In this document: positions 55,451-64,000 of the stretch, one piece after another
Layout: each line of letters opens with the position of its first letter
How positions within the stretch are numbered: the first letter of the stretch is position 1
Source: Camelus dromedarius
Taxonomy: Eukaryota
Direction of reading: 5' to 3'
DNA length: 64,000 nucleotides
Assembly (NCBI RefSeq): GCF_036321535.1
Contig: NC_087436.1
Span: forward strand, 6,200,001-6,264,000
The notes under the pieces: model-generated
Told to the model about the DNA's origin: nothing
The model's input: only the letters and a program-made list of their open reading frames with translations
Databases searched by the model: none
Program-made: the position numbers and the translations under genes

Positions 55451-55730
55451 CAGACTTCAAGTCTGAGAGGCTGACGTGACAACGTGATTTTCTCAGAAAT
55501 AAAATTCTGTCAAAAATTAAAAAGTCGTACTTTGACTTGTTAAAAGTAAACTCTTGTTTAGCTACACCTGCACAAACATGATGTCCTCTCCCCAATTATG
55601 ATGACTTCTTTAAAAATAAAGTGTCATAAATTTGTATAATAAAAATGCTTGAATCAAAATGGAAGTCAAATCTTCTTGGAACAAATATCAAGATAACCCA
55701 AATCCTTCTTTAATAAAAATATTTTCTTGG

Positions 55731-55963
55731 GGATGGGAAGGGATAAATTTGGGAGTTTGAGATTTGCAAATATCAACTACTATATATAAAAACAGGTTAA
55801 AAAAATAAATTTCTTCTGTGAAGAACAAGGAACTATATTCAATATCTTGTAAGAACCTTTAAAGAACATGAAAATGAATCTATGTGTATATATATGCATG
55901 ACTGGGACATTGTGATGTACACCAAAGATTGACACATTGTAATTGACTGCACTTCAATTAAAA
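55731..55963 (+). mobile_element. Young 5'-truncated L1 3' end
   Basis: TSD aaaaat(at/gc)tttcttgg at 55715-55730 and 55964-55979. Confidence 0.88.
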
Positions 55964-58379
55964 AAAAATGCTTTCTTGGCATGGTTTAGTCATTTCATTT
56001 ATATCCTTTTTCCTGAAACAATGTCTATATTCTTTGATATCAGAAGTAAGTTTCCCTTCCTATCTCTTCACGTATAAATATAAAAAGCAATAAAAAACAT
56101 TGTAGGTGCTCAAAACATACCAAGTGTTCTGGCCAGTTTGCTCACGCATTGCAAGCAGTACTCAGAAGAATGAAACTATGGTGTCACAAGATAATCTGGA
56201 AAGTCTTCTGAGGCCTCTTTAAAAATCCCTGTATTGTAGCATCATTAATACTAAAAATAACTTCTCCCGGTGATCGTGTGAACATTTGTATAGTAGAAGC
56301 TATGTCAAAGGCAGGCTTTTGAATTTCAAAAGGGCAAACTTAGTTTTACAGAATGACACTTCTATAGTTACCTACAATATATTTCAGCGCTTAGCCCAGG
56401 CAGATCTGCAAAGTTTGAAGCGTGTCATTTTTAAAGCTTAGAATGACACATTCCCCATGTCCTCTTACCTTAGTAAACAACCCTCTATAATCAAGCCAAC
56501 CACTGTGATTTTTCAACAAAAAATAAAAAGCAGGAATGTAATGTTCTCTACATCCTCTCATCCTTGGCAATCCTTGCTCCCCAGATCCCAGCCGATGCAG
56601 CATGCCAACCAATATTGCCAAAGCTAATCCCAGACTCTCTTGGCGACTTGAAGCCAAGACAGTGTCTGACTGCATCACCCCTCATTACTTGCTAGCAAGT
56701 GAATGGGATGCTATGCGATCTGCTTCTTTGGACTGACCAATAAATACAGGGCTCGAAGCCATTTAGACTGGCAGGTGCTAATTCTACAAAACAGCAAAAC
56801 TGACCCAAATTCTAGATTTGAAATCCCAATGTCTGGGACCCTGTCAGAGCACCTGCCTGTGTGTGCTTTTCCTCACTGACCTCTAAAAGTTGGAAGCGAG
56901 ACCCTTGATCACTGAGTAGGAGGGTTAAGAGGACAGGGTGCCTGGAAGATAGTCATTATCTACCCCAGAATCTTTTTTTGCTTAACATATAGAACGTTCC
57001 TACAAAAACAATTCCTTTTTAATGAAAAGCAATGTGTCCTCTTGTTTAGATGACAGTTGGTTGGAAATTTTACTTTCATTCTGTCAGACCATTAAGAGAA
57101 AAAAAAAAGGGACCCACAGAATCAAGAGGGGGAGGAAACATATTAAGGATTAAGACCCTAGATCAATCGAATTCATTATACTGAGGAACTAAATCATAAG
57201 CAGCCAGGTAAAAGTTAGGAGAGACAAGTCTAGGGGGCCAGGCGTGCCAGTGCATATTGTTTCTTATTGAATTTACGAACATAAGTTCATAACTCGCGGA
57301 CATCTGGGAGCCAACGACCTCGGTGGAACAGCAAGTTTCCATAAGGGCCGTTTCTCCCACTCAGTGAATGTGTCCTCACTTCCGGTCCTTTGTTAGAAGG
57401 CCTTTTCTCTCAAACTCCCTTCCTGACTCTTGTGCTCTCCTGATTTCTGCAAGGCCTTCAGTTTCTGGGTGAAATGTCACATTCTCCATCCACACTCTTT
57501 TACCTCAAGTGCCACAAGAACTAACAGCACCTTACCTGTTTCCTTAGGACGCTAAACTGGGTTATTAGACCCGAGACACTCCGCTATGATGATCTCTCTC
57601 CTATTAGACTGCGTAACTCTCATAGGCAGAGAGATAGGTGATGTTAGTCATCTTTTTAGCACCAGCACTAAGCCTGCTGAGTGTCTGGGACAGAGAAGAC
57701 CTTGAAAAGCGTCTGACAAACCCAAGTGGGAAGATATATGTGAAACTTACTTTCTTGATGGTGGAAGCAAACAGCTCCCAAGACACCTTTCTGCTGGTCC
57801 CCCTCCATGGAAATACTGCTTAATTTCTCATCAAATAAACAGAAAATATAAATATAGGGACGACTGTTTATTAAATAGTAAAAATATTAAATATTTCTAT
57901 TCATTTGATTTCTCATTTGCTAAACTTCTCATTTCCTTCCTTTAACAAAACTTTACCTCTTTACTGCAAGTATGCTTTTATTTTTTTCCTTTTTAACACT
58001 TTTGACACTTTGGATTTAATATCTTAATATAACTAGGTAGTTTTCTTTGATCAAAAAAAAAGACCCACAATGCCCTGAGTAACTGTGACATTTTCAGACA
58101 CGCTGCTGTAAATTGAAAGGTTACAAAGTTGAAGAAGACAGGAACTTGCCCTTGAGAAATTCACAGCTTATTAAAGAAGACAGACTAGTCAAAAATAATT
58201 AAAACTTAGTAGGCTAAAACCTAGCTTGTAAATATGAAAGTACAGAAGAATAGAAAGAACGAAATGGTTTGGGAATAATTTACAGTTTAATGAGTAAAAA
58301 TAATGATAAAATATTTTAATTTTTATATTGATATTTACCTCTACTATTATTTCTGGATGATCAATTTCTTAATTAATAT

Positions 58380-58630
58380 GAGTACTCACTGGGCACCTAC
58401 AGTGTAACAAGCATTATTCTAAATCCTTTACACATATAAAAGTATTGCATCCTCTCAATAGCCCTCTAGATAAACGATATTATTATCCTTATTTTACAGA
58501 TGAGGAAACCAAGGCAGAGAGAGATGAAGGAACTTCTCAATGTTAAAAAAAAAAAATTAGTTATTGGCAGTTGGAATTCAAGTTTAGCAGGCTGGCTCCG
58601 GAATCCGGAATCTCAATCCCTACCTATTAT
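58380..58630 (-). mobile_element. MIR
   Basis: tattattatccttattttacagatgaggaaaccaaggcagagaga core. Confidence 0.8.
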
Positions 58631-59394
58631 ACAGACTATATCCGAGGTCAGAAAGCAAGTTTTCTACCTCTTAAATCTTCTTCTGTTATTTAATCTTTCG
58701 AAAAAATTTTGACCAAGCCTTGGAAACTCCAACGCTCTCTAGAATACCACTCTTTGTCATCCTAATGGAAGCAAATTTTTATCTACTCAGTTCACTCCCC
58801 AGGCTTCAAGAATAAAAGGTTACTTGTGCCTCTGTCACATTTTACAGACCCAGGAAAATGGCATAGCCTTTGTGAATGTGGATTTGGTAACTGGGTGAAA
58901 CACAGAGAGTGTTGTGTACAGAAAATTAACAACTGCGTTCTGTGTTCCCTCGCCTTGCTGTGGTGCCCTAGATCTCGTGACTTTGGTTTGCTTCAGGCAT
59001 AACTTTTCTAAGACTGCTCACAAAACCCATCCAAGACAACCCAACACACTCCCAAATGCCATTTAAGTAAGGCATATATTTTGACTTTAAATATTTCAGC
59101 GTAATTGATGAGAAGGATTATTGTATAAAAGATAACTATTATGGTACTCATGAAAAATGACCTAAGTTTGTTCTTTTCTTCATTTACTTTTTCAGTAAAC
59201 ATTTTCAATAAGCATCTCTCTATAAACACTGTATGAGGCTCAACATGGGGAGTGAAAAAGAGTAAATGAAATATGATCTTACAAAAAATATAAAATTGCT
59301 CTGGAGCAAAATCTACTATTAGCGAAGTCCAAAGAAAACCAGCAAAGTAAGAGAAATTATTTGAGACATTTGGGACTAGATAATGGCTCATCTT

Positions 59395-59720
59395 CATGGT
59401 ATTAAAAATGTTTTTATAAATCAATAAGAAAAAAGTTATGGAATGCAATAAAAAAAAGATCAACGATTCAAACAGGCAATTCATAGAAAACAAAATGCAA
59501 ACCATCAATATTTGAAAATACAAAATCCTCAGCCTCACTAGTAATATATGAACTCAAAATATATACAAAACTCCCCTATCCTCCATAAAAACAGCAAAAA
59601 AAAAAAAAAAAAAATCAGTTTTCCACTTCCCAAAGCTGGCAAAAGACAGGAAACAGGCACTCTCATACCTTCCTGGTGGAACTGTAAAACACAGCAACAT
59701 CTAGGGGAAGTTAGCCTTTT
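59395..59720 (+). mobile_element. Old L1 ORF2 C-terminal fragment
   Basis: aacaggcaattcatagaaaa and aaacaggcactctcatac motifs. Confidence 0.6.
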
Positions 59721-60384
59721 GTCTGTTACTGTGGGAAGTAAATAAAAGTTGGATGGATTTAAAAAAAAATAAGTGCCTTCTCACAAAGCCATCTGTGTAT
59801 ATGGAGCTTGATAAACTTCTGTAAACAGTAATTAAATGAACTCTTAACAATCAGAGTAACTTCTGACTTAGATTTTCAGTGCTTTAACAGGATCCAAAGT
59901 TAGGAACTCCAGTCTTGGTGTCTGAAGTTGGGCAGGTCAGAGATCCCATCCTCAGGGATTATCAAGGATGAGGAAGACCCCTTCCCTCACCCCCTGCCCC
60001 TGCCCCAGGCATCAGGAGCAGAGGGCAGACCACAGATAGAGCTGACCTACACAGAGGCTCAGCTCCTGCTCGGGCAGCAGCAGCTGATGCCCAGTGTCTC
60101 AGACCAAAGGTGATCTTGGCTCCTATGGTTTGAGGGCACTGGAGGGAGTCATCCGGGTGATAGCTGGTTAAAGTCCGAACTCAGGTAAGGCACCAGCTAT
60201 TCGTGAGACAAGATGGATTGGGGTGGATATGAAGGATTTGGTCACGGTATGAATGGAAGGTAAGTACTGTGAAGCCCCTGAATGACTCCAAACATTTGAC
60301 TTGGAAAATTGGATGACAGCAGTGCCGTTTCCCCACCAAAGGAATAGGAAGAGGCATCGTAGGGGATTTGTCTCCTAAAACAGA

Positions 60385-60600
60385 ACTCCTGAGTGTGACT
60401 ACAAGTTCTGTTGCATACCAGCCATGCCAAGTTACTTAATTTCTCTTTCTCTTGACTTCCTCATCTCTGAAATAGAAATAATAGTATTTACTTTATAGTT
60501 GATAGGAGAATTAAATAAGTTAATACCTTAGTGCTTAGAACCAAGTGCTTAGAACAGTGCCAGGCACACAGCAAGTGTTATAATGATGGTGAGGTTATTA
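60385..60600 (+). mobile_element. MIR
   Basis: caagttacttaat...ttcctcatctctgaaatagaaataatagta...gcttagaacagtgcc. Confidence 0.75.
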
Positions 60601-60878
60601 ATAGTATTCATTTACGGATTTGAAACATTATAATAGCAATTCCATGTGCCCAGATATGTCCTCAAGACCACAGAAAATAGACATGGCAATGATAAAACCG
60701 CTGATGCGGGGGAGACTCAGCGGGGATTTGCTCCTGCTGAGTCAGGGTGATGCGCAGAGAGAGTTACAAAGTAACTCTACTCTGTGAAAATAGCTCTCTT
60801 CCTCAATGTTCTAGCATAACTCTCACAGGCAGTGAGCATCACTACTCCCTTACATAACTGCTTCAGACAAATAGTACA

Positions 60879-61192
60879 CAGGCGAACATTTATATTGCAT
60901 GTCCCAGTCATTGAGCTTTTTACAAGTTGGTTTGTGGCAACTCTTCATCAAGAAGTCTATGGGGTAAGTCTATCAGAGCAATTTCCCAGCAGCATTATGT
61001 TTTAATTAAGATGAATACATTGGTTTTTTTTAGACATAATGCTATTGCACCCTGAAGAGATTATAATATACTGTAAACATAATTTTTACATGCACTGGGA
61101 AACCTAAAAATTCACGTGACTCACTTTACTGCAGTATTTGTTTTATTGTAGTAGTCTGAAGCCGACCCCAAAATCTCTCTGAGCTGTGCCTG
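60879..61192 (-). mobile_element. Internally deleted Tigger1-like (TcMar) element
   Basis: cagg...gcctg termini with TA at 61193-61194. tttagacataatgctattgcac and tgcactgggaaacc motifs of Tigger1 ends. Confidence 0.8.
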
Positions 61193-61614
61193 TATTTAGG
61201 ATATCTTCAATATTGCATGAACAGCCCCAGTCCTATGTATTTTCTCATGTTTTTTTCCATCGTCTTTCTCATTTACAGCCTACAATCCTACTCAAACTTT
61301 CTCCTTCACTATCTATTTTGCAGCAAGGTCTTCTTTTGACTTGTAACACTAAGAACGTATATAATTTTAGCCACCCATTCTTACATGGATCTATGTTTTT
61401 GTTTTATATAGTGTATTTTCCTAACTAAGTCATCTTCTAGGGGCAGAGAGGATGACCATCTTATACTACTCTGTGACCCCTGTGGTGGTTTTCTACAGTA
61501 AAACGCACAGTAGATGTTGCAAAAATACATCTTCATTTGTTGAAGGATAGCTGTAGCTTCCCTCATATATATATGTATGATTTTACATAGAGATTCTATA
61601 TAGAGATTTTTCAA

Positions 61615-61880
61615 TAGATTTATTTATATATATTATATATATATAATATATATAATATATATATATAATATATATATATATATTCTTTTTCAGATTCTTT
61701 TCCATTATAGGCTATTATAAGGTGTTAAGCAGAGTTCCCTGTGCTACACAGTAAGACCTTGTTGTTTATCTATTTTATATACAGTAGTATATATATGTTA
61801 ATCCCAAATTGCCAAGTTATTTCTCCCCCCATCTTTCCCCTTTGGCAACAACAGCTTGTTTTCTATGTCTGTGAGTCCGT
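61615..61880 (-). mobile_element. L1 3' UTR fragment with (TA)n expansion (about 61620-61682)
   Basis: ttcagattcttttccattatagg...ttgttttctatgtctgtgagtc. Confidence 0.85.
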
Positions 61881-62469
61881 TTAATCCTTGAAATCTTTAT
61901 TCTTTCTCCATATTTGCTACTACATTTTATCACACCAACTTCTTTCATTGAACAAAGGATGACTTGGTAATTGTTATAGAATAATAGTTAAAATGATGGC
62001 ATCCACAGTTAGCCAAGTAAGACAGGAAACTGTTAAAAAATTCTCGAAGGCATTTCTGCACATCTTATATCAAGTTTTGTTCTGCATGCTCTCTTCAAGG
62101 ATGTCAGTAGAGCAAACAGCTTTGGAAGGTATAAAGAGTGTCTCCTGCTGGGGTGGAAGACAGATTTGCTTCCTGACCAAGATAATAAAGATAATGTCAG
62201 CTTCTGGGGCAAATGTTGGGCAGGTTTGCTAGCAACTCTTAGAAGATTGGGGTTTCCTAGGCTTAGAGTTTCTCAAAATGTACAAAAACCCACCATATAC
62301 AGCATTCACTGGGGCCACCTCAAATCACCCAGTGGGACTCGAAGGGCAAAGCAACACGACTAGCAAAGTCATTTGTCTCTGAGCTGGAAGCCTTCTGTCT
62401 TTTATGAACCTGTGGCTAGCTACGTGTCAGCTTACAGGAAGAGTAAGACCTCAGAGCCTTCACAGTTCT

Positions 62470-62570
62470 TGATAATAACCTCTTTATGCCTCAGTTTCCC
62501 TGCCTGTAAAATGGAGAACGGTTGCCTACCTCACAGAGTAAGTGTGCTAATGAAATGGAATAATAATACA
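62470..62570 (+). mobile_element. MIR core
   Basis: gcctcagtttccctgcctgtaaaatggaga. Confidence 0.65.
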
Positions 62571-63035
62571 CATACAGAGCTTCAAACCAGCCTGAGCTGC
62601 TTAGCTGTATTTTCGTGAGTATTTGGTGATGCCTGATGACCAGCTTGCCAAACCAAGTAGCCTGCTCTCAGGCTCAGTTCTCACTGGGGGCTTCGCAGCA
62701 CAGACACCAGAGGTCATCCCCTCCATCTCGGAGGTTCCCAATCCCACACTGACTCTGCACCAAACTGATTTTCTTCTTACATTTTTGTCTCCCTCTGGTT
62801 CTTTGCTGAAATGTCACACACACACATGCACACATACACACAAGAATTAACATAAGGAGAATGGTTTGCACATGTGTGAAGGCAGTCCTAAATTGCCACA
62901 AAATACTAATTAACGTGACAACTACAGAAAACCAGCTTTTCTAAAAAGGAGGAAGGAAGGTCATAATTGGAATGAGGAGTAGGGAGAGTCATGAGATCTT
63001 CACCAAAAGGAGATAAGAGTTATAAGAAACCTACA

Positions 63036-63597
63036 TTTACAACAGCCAAGACATAGAAACAACCTAAATATCCATCAACAGATGACTGGATAAAGAAGAT
63101 GTGGTATATTTATACAACAGAATACTATTCAGTCATAAAAAAATAAAAGCTAATGCCATTTGTAGTAACATGGATGGACCTGGAAATCATCATTCTAAGT
63201 GAAGTAAGCCAGAAAGAGAAAGAAAAATACCATATGATATCATTCATATGTAGAATTTCTGTTAGAAGGCACAAATAAACTTATTTACAAAACAGAAACA
63301 CAGACATAGAAAACAAACTTATGGTTACCAAGTGAGGAAGTGGGTGGGAAGGGATAAATTGGGAGTTCGAGATGTGCAGACACTAACTACTATATATAAA
63401 ATAGATAAACAACAAGTTTATACTGTGTAGCATAGGGAACTATATTCAATATCTTGTAACAAACTATAATGAAAAAGAACATGAAAACGAATCTATGTAT
63501 GTATATGTAGGACTGAAACATGATGCTGTACACCAGAAACTGACACAACATTGTAAACTGACTATACTTCAATTTTAAAAAATGTGAAAGGAAAAAA
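63036..63597 (+). mobile_element. Young 5'-truncated L1 3' end
   Basis: 12-bp TSD aagaaacctaca at 63024-63035 and 63598-63609. ORF2 tail plus full 3' UTR. Confidence 0.92.
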
Positions 63598-63794
63598 AAG
63601 AAACCTACAAAACATTGAATCACTCAATTATGTAGATGGCCAATATTTATAATTCTCTAATGTCTAGTTGTAATAAAATATTTGCAAAAAATTACTGGAA
63701 AGAAAACAGAGGAAACGGTGGCTGTAAGCTAGGTGGCCAAGTGACCATTGAAACAGTGTGGAATATCAGAAATAAGACAAACTTTGACTGTCAG

Positions 63795-63885
63795 CGGACC
63801 CCAGGAATCCCAGCCCCGACTTTCAGTAGTTGTAAGAACCTGGGTGAGTTACTTAACCTCACCAAACTTCAGTTTACTTACTTGC
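63795..63885 (+). mobile_element. MIR fragment
   Basis: aacctgggtgagttacttaacctcaccaaacttcagttt. Confidence 0.55.
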
Positions 63886-64000
63886 CTCCCAAGTCAGGTA
63901 AGAACACTCCCCTTGGAGAACCGTCGATGGGCTATCTCAATAAATTGTATCTATAATGGGTACGACTATTGCAGGAGTGAAGTGCTGAGGAAGTACTTTT

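Noticed and set aside
59008..59538. 176-aa hydrophobic ORF
   Set aside because: T-rich antisense reading of AT-rich, old L1-derived DNA with no recognisable domain.

Overview
Mammalian genomic DNA, most likely camelid: it carries tRNA-Ala-derived Vic-1-like SINEs and artiodactyl-type L1 3' ends, and I saw no Alu, Bov-A/BovB, PRE-1 or SINEC. The only protein-coding sequence I can support is the 3' end of GASK1B (FAM198B) on the minus strand. It comprises a 227-nt internal exon (40189-40415), the terminal coding exon (37132-37339) and a ~2.8-kb 3' UTR ending near a poly(A) signal at 34328-34333. 40416-64000 is probably one large intron, and 1-34300 is downstream intergenic DNA dense in L1, L2, MIR, MaLR/ERV1 LTR and DNA-transposon relics. 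I found no convincing new multi-gene system. The most interesting signals are small: a TSD-flanked 5'-half tRNA-Cys tailless retrocopy, an 85-nt intronic hairpin, a twin-primed inverted mini-L1, an L1 with a short 3' transduction tag, old local duplications, and an Asn at the predicted catalytic-Asp position of GASK1B. Repeat family names come from recalled consensus sequences, and repeat boundaries are approximate unless TSDs are quoted.
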